Origin: Felis catus
Taxonomy: Eukaryota
Assembly (NCBI RefSeq): GCF_018350175.1
Contig: NC_058383.1
Span: 7,442,001-7,506,000, forward strand
DNA: 64,000 bases
Direction: 5' to 3'
Every line of letters begins with the position of its first letter. Position 1 is the stretch's first letter. Below are positions 52,571-64,000 of the stretch, piece by piece. A model generated the notes under the pieces. The model worked only from the letters and a program-made list of their open reading frames with translations, was not told the DNA's origin and did no database searches. A program made the position numbers and the translations under genes.

Positions 52571-52743
52571 ACTCCGGGGGCCCGCGAGCTTGGGGAAGCT
52601 CACCCTCCCTTGCTCTTCCGAAGGAACCTGATCCACGCTTTCCACGTTCCTCTGGACTCCCCGAGGAGACATGTCTGTAGGGCCTGCCCTCTGGCCTTGA
52701 CAGAGCTGCTTGGCTTCTCCTCTCCTGGGAGGAGAGTGAGGCA

Positions 52744-53510
52744 ATGGGTCCGTCCCTGCTGCTGTCCCTGCTGCTGCTGCCGGCATCTCTGCAGGCTGGT
52801 GAGTGTCCAGGACACCCTAACTCTGCCCCGAGGGCCAGGAGTCCCCAGGAAGGGCTGTGGCTGGGCAGCTGGAGAAGGGGTCTGCTGGGGTAGCCGGCCA
52901 GGCCTCCCAACTCCAGCGGGCTGGTCCCATGGTGCCAGGTCCTCCCCAACCCTTCACCCTCCTCCCTACCCCAAGCCCGGCAAGGGGGACACCCAGGCCA
53001 GAGGGCCGGTCCTGCCATCTGTCACACTTGGTGTGCTCTGTGAGCGAGGGTGCCAGAAGGTCTGGGGTCATCGTCCTCATCTCTCCCAGTGGCTCAAAGT
53101 CTCTCCTCTCTCTCCTCCAGGCAGCTCAAAAGAATGCAATCCAAACATTGACTTTGGGGTCAACCAACCAGCGTCTCTCTCAGCCCCCGAGGGTGGTTCC
53201 ACCTGCATCTCTTTCTCCTACTTCCACTGCTGGGAGTTAGCCAAGGATCCCAGACTGAGTATAGCCGTCAGAAGGACAGACTTCCATGGAGAGGTCATCT
53301 ACAACAGTACGAAGCGTTTTATCCATAAGGATTACAAGAACCGGATCTCCCTGGACTTGAGAGAGGATCAGAACTCCGGCACCCTGTATATACGGAACCT
53401 GCGGAAAAAAGATGAGAATAGGTACTTTTGCCGGGTCCAAGTGGAAACGCTAAGAGACGGCAAACAAGTGTGGCAGTCCATCCCAGGGACCAAACTCACC
53501 ATTACCGACG
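52744..53510 (+). CDS. PILRA: Paired immunoglobulin-like type 2 receptor (PILR family, PILRA-like), exons 1-2; 3'-partial
   Basis: Exon 52744-52798 (MGPSLLLSLLLLPASLQA, donor GTGAGT) and exon 53121-53510 (IgV: FGVNQPASLSAPEGGS...WELAKDP...FHG...IHKDYKNRI...YFCRV...WQSIPGTKLTIT), clearly PILR-like. No stalk/TM exon was found in the following 10.5 kb. A long intron after the IgV exon and W in QVWQSI favour PILRA over PILRB, but the paralogue cannot be proven without the TM and tail exons. Confidence 0.8.
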
Positions 53511-55399
53511 GTGAGTCCAGCTGCCCGGCAGCCACCACACCCACCCTGCATGGTGCCCTCATCCCCCAGGCCTGGCCCAGGCCCCAATCTTCCTGCTTAC
53601 CCCTTCTCTCAAACTCCTCTCCCCACCCCTCTCCCCTCCCCAGGCCTCTGCCAACTTTACTCTTTCTCCTGGATCTCCCCAAACCTGGGCTGCCTTCCTT
53701 GCCCATCCCCCTCCCTGCCCCCTCCGGAGCCAGTCCCCACCCCGCTCCCCCAGCCTCAGCACCTTCCAGGCTGCCCAGGAATCCTCCCTTCTTGCTTCAA
53801 GCTGACCTCCAGTCTTGCCTCCCTCCCCTCACCCCACGCTGTCCAGGTGGACTTGACTTCTTCAGGGCGTGGTCTGCCTTCCCTTTGTCCTGTGTCCCTG
53901 TGAGTAGCCCCTGCCAGCCCCCAGTCTTGTGTCTCCCCACAGTCGCGGGCTCAACCCAGCACACACAGCAGGTACCCAATCATGACCCAAGACCCCTGTC
54001 CCCTGGCCACGCCCCATTACCTCTTTTCCCAGTCCCCCCTGCCTCCTTCTCCTGCTCTGCTCCTCGGAACCTGGCCCACGATGCTCCCTGCCCCAGCCCC
54101 TTCCCTCCTCTCCTTTCCCATCCCCCTCTTCCCCTGCCTCCATCCTCTTTACCCTCCTTGCCTCCCCCCACCCCTGGTCCCCACCTCTGCCTGCACCGTC
54201 CCCACTGTCCGCTCAGATCTCACTCCTCCATCCTGGCCTTTGAGACATGCCATCTACAGCAGAAATATGGCGGCTGCCGCTTACCGTGCACTGTGTCAGG
54301 TTGAACAACTAGGTGTACGTCACCCTGGTTAACAACCTTCCCCGCGACCCCACAGTAACAGTAGGCACTGCTCTTATCTTCTTGTTACAGATAGGGAAAC
54401 TGAGGCTCAAAGAGCCTAAACGCCTGCCCAGAGCCACACTCATGGCGCAGGCAGGACTTGAACCCCGTTTCACCCCCGAGCCTCCACTCTTAACCTAGTA
54501 GCTGCGCAGCTTCACAGCTGACCTGATCCTATTGTTGTCTTCACCTATTTTAACCCAGGAACGGGATGTGTTACAGCAGCAGATCTTCCCATGTTACCCA
54601 GCAGGCCTTGGGAACTTGAACCTAGGTTTGTCGGTCTCCAGAGCAGTTGGGGAGGGAGCCCTTCCCAGGAGCAGGCACTAGGGGATGCACTGTCTGTAGA
54701 ATATTATCTGTAGAAAATTCCTTAAAAACTAAAAATCCCACGTCTTCTCTTTATAATCACTTGCACTGACAATTCTAACAACGTATCACTGCTCCTGGGT
54801 GGAAGGACACTCTCCGTGCCCCCACCCTTGGTAAACCACTGTCCCATCTGGCCACCGTGCTGGTTTCAGAGCAAATAGAAAGTGGCTCACAACCTGAATT
54901 TAGCAAGACAGCGTTGGATTTCTATTTCTGGCACCTCCTCCATATTCCCTTAAATGGCCTTTTTTGAGAGGTTTTCGCTCTCCCCAGACCCCTCTTCCTC
55001 CTTTCCTGATCCTCCAACTTTCCTCATTTCTCAGTTCAGTCACATTTACTATGAGTTTTTCATCAGTAAATTAATTTTTTAATTAATACAATTAATTGGA
55101 TATCTATACTCATATTTTTAAAAAATACAGGAAAGTAATAAACGTTTTTTTAATCCAAGTGAGGTGCCACCATGCAAAGACATCACCCTAAAGGAATATT
55201 TGCAGCAAATAGAACTGATAAGTTTGTGGCTAGTTTAACAATGTTTTCTATATACAGATGTTTTCCTTTTGTAGGCAAATCTCATTGTATTCTCCTTTAT
55301 AATTTTCTCTTTTATTTCTTAGCCAAAAAATCCTATATCTCCTAGGGGCTGAAAAGATTTTAATTTCTTCTGATTTTTTAAATTATTAATTTATTTTTA

Positions 55400-58300
55400 A
55401 TTTTTTAAATGTTTATTTATTTTTAAGAGAGAGAGACACAGAGGGAGGGAAGGGCAGAGAGAGAGGGAGGCACAGAATCCAAAGCAGGCTCCAGTCTCTG
55501 AGCTGTCAGCACACAGCCTGATGCTGGGCTTGAACTCTGGAACCTTGCGATCATGACCTGAACCAAAGTAGGATGCTTAACCAACTGAGCCACCCAGGTG
55601 CCCCTAATTTATTCTGATTTTTATATGACTTCACAATAAAACACATTAATATAGTGAGAATTTATTTTGCTATATGGTATGAGGTGAAGAATTAAACTGA
55701 TCTTCATACCAAGAAATGAATCAATTGTCCCAACCCCATTTATGGGATAATTTTTCTCTTCTCCATTGATTCCTAGGCCGGGCTTTTTGTAGAATAGCAT
55801 CCTTTCTGGTCTGTCATCTCCATTTCACTGTTCTGTCTTTTCTTATATCACTACCACTCTGTTTTAGTGATTATAACTTGGTCATGTTTCAGTGGTTGAC
55901 AAGACTATTTCCATCAGAACCACATTACTTCCTCAAAAACTTTATTATTGTTTTGGCCTATTGTTTCACACAAATGTTGGAATAAGTTTGCCCGGTTCTG
56001 AGGAAAACACCTATCGGTAGCACTTACACTGGAATTGCATTAAATCTAGAAAGCAATTGATGAAAACAGAAGTCAGTGCAATATACAATCTTCCACCCAG
56101 AAATAGTTCCTGTTTTATAGCCCTCAATAACCTTGGGTGTGTTCTTCTAAAGACCATGTCAACATCTCACAAGAGATATTGCTTTCCTTTAAATCTTTTA
56201 TTTTTATTATTAATATGCAACATTATTTCTGAATATTCATCTTTTTAAACTTTCACTATAAAATATTGCACAAATTCTGGCCAAGACGGTAGGTTATATG
56301 CATGTTTACATCCTCTCCCTACCAAACCCTACTAAAATGACAGCAGAGATAATTTTTTTAAGTTCATTGATTTATTTTGAGAGCAGAGCATGGGAGGGGC
56401 AGAAATGGACAGAGAAAATCCCAAGCATGCTGATAGCATGGAGCCCAACACAGGGCTCAATCTCACCAACTATGAAATCATGACCTCAACCAAAATCAAG
56501 AGTTGGATGCTTAACCGACTGAGCCACCCAGGTGCCCCCCAAAGAGAATTTTTTAAGACAAAAATCCACAGGGACAAAAAAATATGTGAGCTATGTGGTG
56601 AAAAACAATATTTGGGAAGCTGGAAAGACATAGACTAATGTATCTGCTTAGGAGACCAGGGGAGCCAAGCCATAATCTGGCAGTGGGGAGCGCCAAAAAA
56701 AGGCAATTCTTACACTGCAAAACCCCTCAACGGTTTAGGAAGAGCCACCCCAGAACCCCTGACAGTGGGAGTAAAAGGGGGTTGGAAAGGTACTAGGTGA
56801 TAATGTATTTAAGAAGCAGGGAGGGGCGGCTGGTTGGCTCAGTAGGTTAAGCAGTTGATTTCAGCTCAGGTCATGATTTCGCAGTTTGAGAGTTCGAGCT
56901 CCAGGTCAGGCTGTGAGTTCGAGCCCCAGGTCATGCTTTGCGCTGTCAGCAACCTACTTCAGATTCTGTGTCTCCCTCTCTCTCTGCACCTCCCCACTCA
57001 CACTCTGTCTCTCTCTCTCTCTCAAAAATAAATAAACATTTAAAAAGTTTTAAAACAATAAAAAGAAGCAGGGAAACTTCTACACCCCCTCCCCACCCAG
57101 CAGAGACTGGAGATTTGCTTTCTAGAAAGAATGGAGCAGAGGGACTCTGGGGGCAGTACCCTAGGCATACCGGGGGGCAAGAGTTCAGTCTTTATTTTTA
57201 TTTTTTTTTTTAATTTTTTTTCAACGTTTATTTATTTTTGGGACAGCGAGAGACAGAGCATGAATGGGGGATGGGCAGAGAGAGAGGGAGACACAGAATC
57301 GGAAACAGGCTCCAGGCTCCAAGCCATCAGCCCAGAGCCTGACGCGGGGCTCGAACTCCTGGACCGCGAGATCGTGACCTGGCTGAAGTCGGACGCTCAA
57401 CCGACTGCGCCACCCAGGCGCCCCAAGGGTTCAGTCTTTAAAACTGGAGACTTGGTGAACTGATGAGATCCTAAATGCCTTACCCCCTTAGATGCCTCCT
57501 AGGACTCAGGATAGCCCAGCTGGTATCCCCTACCCTACCATGGCAAGAAATCAGGAGATTTTTCTCTAGGAAATCTATCTGATGGGCTCAGAAAGGATTC
57601 AGAAAGCCTAAAAGATCCTACAGCCCACTAGCTAACAAGCACTTTCTCCCAGACCACATACACAGCTACCAATCAGCGTGGCAACCAAGCGTGGCAACAC
57701 ACTGGCAACCAAGGCAGCAAGATGGGGTCTTGGCCTGGCATGGAATCCCCCAGTCCTGATGATTGACAACTTGCCTCTGCTGTGCCTGGAATGCCTGAGG
57801 CTAGAGACGCCATTTAAAAATATGATTACATTCAGGGGTGCCTGGGTAGCTCATTCAGTTAAGCGTCCAACTTCAGTTCAGGTCATAATCTTGCTGTCCG
57901 TGAGTTCAAATCCTGTGTCAGGCTCTGTGCTGACAGCTTAGAGCCTGGAGCCTGCTTCAGATTCTGTGTCTCCCTCTCTCTCTCTCTCTCTCTGCCCCTC
58001 CCCCACTCATGCTCTCTGTCTCTCAAAAATGAATAAATGTTAAAAACGATTTTTTTTTAAAATATGATTGCATTCAACACTTAAGGAATCCTTCCCCCAT
58101 GAAATACACAGCAAAACCAATGCAGTGGGGAGAGGGGGGAGGGGGTTCCTGGAAAAAATCAAAATAATGGAGGAAGAATGAAACTCAGATAACTACCGTC
58201 CTCAGAAAGTTAAGAGAGTGCAAGCCTGTATAACAGAGGGAGCTTTCCAAACAAGGAGCTCTTGAGAATATAAGATATAACGGCAAATATAGAAAACTCG

Positions 58301-61150
58301 GTTAAAGATTGCAAGAAAAACTTGACGGAAATATCGCAGAAGGTAGACAAAGAGTCACGGATTTGGGAACTGGTGGGTTGGATAGTGGCCCCCACAAAGA
58401 CGTGTTCATATCCCAGTCCCCAAAACTAATGATTATTACCTTCCATGGTAAGGGATACGATTCAGCTAAGACTTCTGAGGTGGAGAAACCTGGGATTAGC
58501 TGGATGGGCCCTACATGCAAACAGGAGCCTCCTTCTAAAAGGGAGGTGGAGGGAACCTATCACAGAAGGCAATATGGTCACAGAGCAGAGACTCAGTGGT
58601 GCAGCCTCGAGAAACTGGAGGAAGTAGGCAACAGACTCTCCCCCAGAGCCTCCTGAGGTTTGGCGGCCCGTGACACCTTGCTCACTGACCTCTGGCCTCC
58701 AGAACTGCGAGAAACTAAACTTCTGTTTTAAGTCACCCAGTTTGTGGTCATTTCTTCCATTTGCCATAGTAAAGTCATACAGAAACTATAAGATAAGAAA
58801 AACTGAGGATTGGCCCAAGAGCTCCAGCCTCTGAATAACAGGAGTTCCAGACACAGAGAAGAGATAAGGTCATGGGAAGAAAATATCCTAGATAACTCTA
58901 GAAATGTTCCAGAACAAAGAAGCCCAGAAAAATGGTTACAAATAAAAAGACCTACTTCAGGACACTACAACATGAAATTTCAAAACGTCAGGGATAAAAA
59001 GAAAGAAAATCCAACAAATTTCCAAGGAGGAAAGAAACAGGCTGCAGGAGATTCAAGAATCACAATGGCTTTGGCGGTCTCCATAGTAACAGAGGAAGCT
59101 GGAAAACAATGGTTGAATGGCTTGAAATTCTAAGAGAAAATTATCTCATGCATTCGTTCAACAAATATTGACTGAATACCTACTATGTGTCGAGTGCTAA
59201 TCTGGACACTGGGGAAACAGCAGCAAAAAAAAAAAAAAAAAAAAAGAGCAAATCATGTGTACAACAATGCTCTTTGTACATAAGTGTGGATGAGCAAGAA
59301 GACTCAAGGGAAAGCCAACAAATTAATTCTGCATGTACAGTGGTGGTGAAAAGAGAAAAGGAGGGAACTGGAGCAGAATCTGAGGGATAAAGGTTGCTAA
59401 GGGTGCTACTCTATTCAGACGGAACATCAAAGGCTCTGGGAACATTAGTCAGAGTCCTGGCAGGAAGCAGCCGCTCAAACAGGATGACTGGGGAGAGTTT
59501 AGAGTAGGGCACAGGATGGGGAAACCAGTCAGGGATGGGAGACCCCTGAGACCATCCCCAGGACTGAGGAACAGAGTAGGAAGAAGGGGGACCCAGAGAT
59601 GAGCTGTAGCCTCTGGGGAGATAGAGTCAACATATCTGGGATGGTTAGTTTTGAGCGAGCTTACAGGATGCTCAGAGATCTGATAAGACATTCTTTCTGG
59701 ATAGTCTGTGATGGTATTTCCAGAAGAGTCTAGCAGTGGGTGGGCATCATCCAAACCCTTGAGAGAACTAAAGGAACAAAAAAGTAGAGGATGGGCAGGG
59801 ATCTCCACTTCTGCTCTCAGACTTTGGAGCTCTTGGTTCTTGGGACTTTGGAATCTGACTGGTCCCCCTGGTTCTCAGACCCACAGGTCTGGGCCTAGAA
59901 CTACATCACTAGCTTTCCTGGGCCTTTTGTTTAGAGATAGCAAACTCTGGCTTCTCAGCTATCATAATCACATGAACCAATACCTCAAAACTCCACATCT
60001 GTTTCTATATTCCATTGGTTCTGTGTCTCTGAAAACCCTAATATAAGACCTGTCAGACAGGGGACCAAGGGCTATGCCATGATCTGCCCTCTTCTCTCCT
60101 TCCATCTCTGGGTGATGACTCTGACTGGCTACTGACTAGGAACCAGCTGGTGAGAGAGCCCATGGATTGAGTCCACCAAGACCAGCCCCCAAAGGCACAA
60201 AGCAAGTGGAGAGGAGCTGGGGAGTGGATCTAAGAGAAGCCAGCAGAAAAATCCAGCCTAGGCACAAATCTGTAGGAAGTCAGGGAGAGGTCTGGAGAAG
60301 AATGTTCCAGTCAAGAGGGATCAGCAAGGGCAGAGGCCATGAGGTGGGACAAGTGTGTGGCTGAATCAGATAAAGAGGCTGATGGTGGCAGCAGGTGAGA
60401 TCAGAACAGGCGGGGGGGGGGGGGGGGGGGGGGGCAGTCCAGTGTGGCTTTGAAAGTGAAGAAAAGAACTTTTACTCAGTGTAATGAGTCTAGTGAGGGT
60501 TTCCTGCTGTGCTGATGTGCATTGTACAAGTGTCCCTCCAGATGTTGTATGGAGAATAAGACTGTAAAGATGAGCAAGGTCACAAGCAGGGACACCAGTG
60601 AGAGGTGATGTGCCTGAAATAGGGTGACAACAAGGGCAGGTGAGATGCTGGTTATATTTTGAAGACTGAGCAGACAGGATTTGCAGATGATGGGATGTGG
60701 GGGGTAAGAAAGAGAGAAGAAGCAAGGGTGACTCTGAGGCTTTTGGCCTGAGCTTCTTACAGGATGGCACTGCCATTTACTGAGAGGGGGACATGCAGTA
60801 GGAACAGGTTTGGGAGGAAATCAAGAGTTCTGTAATTTGAGACATTACAAGATAAACAGAGGTGTAAGTAGACAGTGAGATACAGGATTCAGGAGAGCCA
60901 GGGAAGAGATGACTGGATATGTAAATTTGGGTGGGATCAGTTTGTCGCTGATAGTTGATGTCATGGGACTGGATAAATTATCTGGGAAGTGTGTGTAGAT
61001 AGAGAGGGGGTCCTAGGACTGAACTGAGAAGGGCCCATGACTGTTATAGGTTGGGAAAAGGAGGAATCAACAAGCAGCTGCTAGAGAGGCAGGAAAAGAG
61101 CCACAAGAGAATGGTGTCCCAAAAGCCAAGTGAAGACCCCATCTCATGAA
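55400..61150. mobile_element. PILR intron repeats: SINEs (~55400-55604, 56355-56540, 56823-57060, 57200-57424, 57835-58045), old L1 pieces, MLT1-like LTR ~58371-58775, L2 ~59150-61150 with MLT2-like LTR ~59640-60050
   Basis: Recognisable consensus-like text for each class; boundaries approximate. Confidence 0.7.
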
Positions 61151-62064
61151 AAGGACATCGAATGCTGGACTGTCCAGTAAAAAGGAGAAAACAGGGGTGT
61201 GAGAGTTCTAAATCCTCGATTTCAATGGTAGGAAGTAAATCAACAATACTTCCAACCATTCAAGCAACAACAGTGTATGCTTGTGATTTAGAAATACAAG
61301 GTTAATGCCGAAAGAAACAGCTAAAAGGTTTTAGCACTAAAAGGTGCTAAAACAGTTGACTCTGTAGAGTGGGGAGGGAGTGAGAGGCTTATGCAGGGGC
61401 TGCTGTCTTTATATACTATGGAATGTGTGGACTTTTTAACTTACGTGCCTATATAACTTTGATAAACATTAAATTTTGAAAATAGTAAAGGTACTGGTAA
61501 TACTTATACTGCCTTTTTAAAAATGTTCAAACAATACAGAAGGGAGTCGAATGAAAAGTCTATTCCTCCCTCTGCACTTTATCTCTCCAGCCACTACTTC
61601 TTTCTGCGGAAATGTCCTCTCTCACAGATATAGATACAGATATAGATACATAACACAAATAGAATCAAACCACATTACTATTCTGCTCTACAACTTATTT
61701 TTATTCCACTATCTTTCCAGTTCAGTACATGTACAGTTATGCTTTTTTTTTTTTTTTTTTTTTTTAAAGGCTGCAGGGAGGTGCAAGAGTGGCTCAGTCA
61801 GTTAAGTGTCTGGCTCTTGATTTCGGCTCAGGTCATGATCTCATGGTTTGATTCCTGGGTTCAGGCCCCACATTGGGGTCGCTGCTATCAGCTCAGAGCC
61901 CGCTTCAGATACTCTGTCCCCTTCTCCCTGCACTCCCTGCTTGCATTCTCACCCAAAAATGAACACACACACACACACACACACACACAGGCCACAGAAT
62001 GTCTCCATGCCATAATGTATCACAATGTATCTACTTACTCAGTGTCCTATTTAAAGATGTTTAG

Positions 62065-62700
62065 TGGGAATGCAAGCTGGTGCAGCCACTCTGGAAAACA
62101 GTATGGAGGTTCCTCAAAAAACTAAAAATAGAACTACCCTAGGACCCAGAAATTGCACTACTAGGCATTTATCCACTGAATACAGGTGTGCTGTTTCGAA
62201 GGGACACATGCACCCCCATGTTTATAGCAGCACTATCGACAATAGCCAAAGTATGGAAAGAGCCCAAATGTCCATCTATGGATGAATGGATAAAGAAAAT
62301 GTGGTCTATATATACAATGGAGTATTACTTGTCAATCAAAAAGAATGAAATCTTGCCATCTGCAACTACATGGATGGAACTGGAGGGCACTATGCTAAGT
62401 GAAATTAGAGAAAGACAAACATCATATGACTTCACTCATATGAGGACTTTAACAGACAAAACAGGTGAACATAAGGGAAGGGAAATAAAAATAATATAAA
62501 AACAGGGAGGGGGACAAAACAGAAGAGACTCATAAATATGGAGAACAAACTGAGGGTTACTGGAGGGGTTTTGGGAGGGGGGATGGGCTAAATGGGTAAG
62601 GGGCACTAAGGAATCTACTCCTGACATCGTTGCACTATATGCTAATTTGGATGTAAGTTTTTAAAAATAAAAAATAAAACAAGTAAAAAAATAAATAAAT
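62065..62700 (+). mobile_element. 5'-truncated felid L1 with TSD
   Basis: L1 ORF2 end (TPMFIAALSTIAKVWKEPKCPSMDEWIKKMW), 3' UTR nearly the same as the copy at 41.5 kb, A-tail, TSD GATGTTTAG on both sides. Confidence 0.95.
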
Positions 62701-62969
62701 AACGATGTTTAGCTTGTTGGGGCATCACAAAGCTGCAAGGAACACCCCTAAATACAGGCCTTTGAACACTTGCCCAGCATTTCCACAGGATAAATTTCTA
62801 GCATTGAAAGCACTGGGTCAAAGGGCACACCTGGGTATGTTACACTTTACAAATGCACTCCCAAAGGTTGTACCTACCTATCCTTCCACTGCTCAATTAC
62901 TGGGTATTTTCCTCCACTCAGATCGGTAAAAAACCCAGCCTTTTGTTGTTTTAACCTGCATTAAAAAAT

Positions 62970-62970
<1 letters not shown>

Positions 62971-63016
<46 letters not shown>
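62971..63016 (+). repeat. (GATA)n tetranucleotide microsatellite
   Basis: About 11 perfect TAGA/GATA units. Confidence 0.95.
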
Positions 63017-63017
<1 letters not shown>

Positions 63018-63145
63018 ATTAGCATCAGGGTTATGTTATCATTTTACAAAACGAATTAGAATTGCCTCTTTCCCATATTTCCCTGTGTTCTAGAATCCAT
63101 CTGGGAATTATTTGTTCTTTAAATTTTCACAAGAATTTACCCATA

Positions 63146-63568
63146 GGGACAGCTGGGTGGCTCAGTTGGTTAAGCATCTGACTTCAGCTCAGGTCGTGAT
63201 CTCACGGTTCGAGAGTTCAAGCCCCACATCAGGCTCTGTGCTGACAGCTGGGAGCCTGGAGCCTGCTTCGGATTCTGTGCCTCCCTCTCTCTCTGCCCTT
63301 CCCCTGCTCATAGTCCTGTCTGTCTTGTCTGTCTCTCTCAAAAATAAACATTAAAAAAAAATTAAAAAAAAAATTTACCCATAAAGCCTCCTGAGCTTGG
63401 AATCTTTATGATAGGTAGTTTTTAATAGGGCTCTCATTTCCTTTTTTGTTTTTTTTTTTTAAGTTTATTTACTTTGTTTAATAATCTTTACCCCCAGTGT
63501 GGAGCTCAAACTCATGACCTAGAGACCAAGAGTCACCTGCTCTTCTGATTGAGCCAGGCCAGTGCCCC
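63146..63568. mobile_element. Can-SINEs ~63146-63372(+) and ~63440-63568(-)
   Basis: Standard heads and tails; TSD AATTTACCCATA for the first. Confidence 0.85.
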
Positions 63569-64000
63569 AAGAGTCCTCACTTCTTTGTTTACCTATCAGT
63601 GAAAGTGTCTTACTTCTTAACTCCATTTTCAGAAATTTTTGTTTGTTTCAGAAAATCATCCAATTCAGTTTTTTTTAAGTTTATCAACCTATAATGAGCA
63701 TACACTCACAAATGATTTCAACAAACTCTTGTTAGGTTTACAAGAGTCTTGTCTGTTTTATTTCTTTCTTGTTTTTTGTTGTTTGTTTTTCCCCTAAATA
63801 ACCACTCCCTGCACTTATTATTCTCTCTGTTGTCCTGTTTCCTAATAAATTCATTCCTACGTAGGTTTCATTAATTTTTTCCTCTGAGTTTTCTTAGGGC
63901 TGGCTTCTTTCTGGTTTTGGTACTTTTTCTAAGGAATTGACTATTCCATTCATTTTTAAAATTTCTTCTCGGAGTTCCTCCCCACCCTTAATATTCCCCA

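Noticed and set aside
52550..54304. 584-aa ORF
   Set aside because: It is the PILR IgV exon read in frame with flanking C-rich intron. The true exon 1 is in another frame and the Pro-rich tail is low-complexity intron. At most it indicates what an intron-retained soluble form would encode.

Overview
Mammalian genomic DNA, very likely a felid given the abundant cat-type Can-SINEs and carnivore L1; it looks syntenic to human 7q22.1. The + strand carries the last 26 coding exons of the meiotic cohesin gene STAG3 (2813-18086), a complete 5-exon PVRIG/CD112R CDS (24844-26133) and the first two exons (signal peptide + IgV) of a PILR-family gene, most likely PILRA (52744-53510, continuing beyond the window). 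The most interesting signal lies between PVRIG and PILR. Repeat-free islands on the minus strand (about 52.25 kb down to 29.78 kb) hold about 18 exon-like segments with splice signals. Read by eye and allowing frameshifts, they spell a decayed immunoglobulin-superfamily receptor gene: a B7/VJ-like V domain, about 5-6 C1-set-like domains each split over several exons, a transmembrane-like exon and a short tail. An orphan CpG island with a near-perfect CTCF motif (28.5-29.3 kb) heads a second, weaker candidate fossil gene on the minus strand (27.0-28.0 kb). The rest is SINE, L1, L2, LTR and hAT repeats. All protein comparisons were made by eye from recalled family motifs, no searches were run, and repeat boundaries are approximate.
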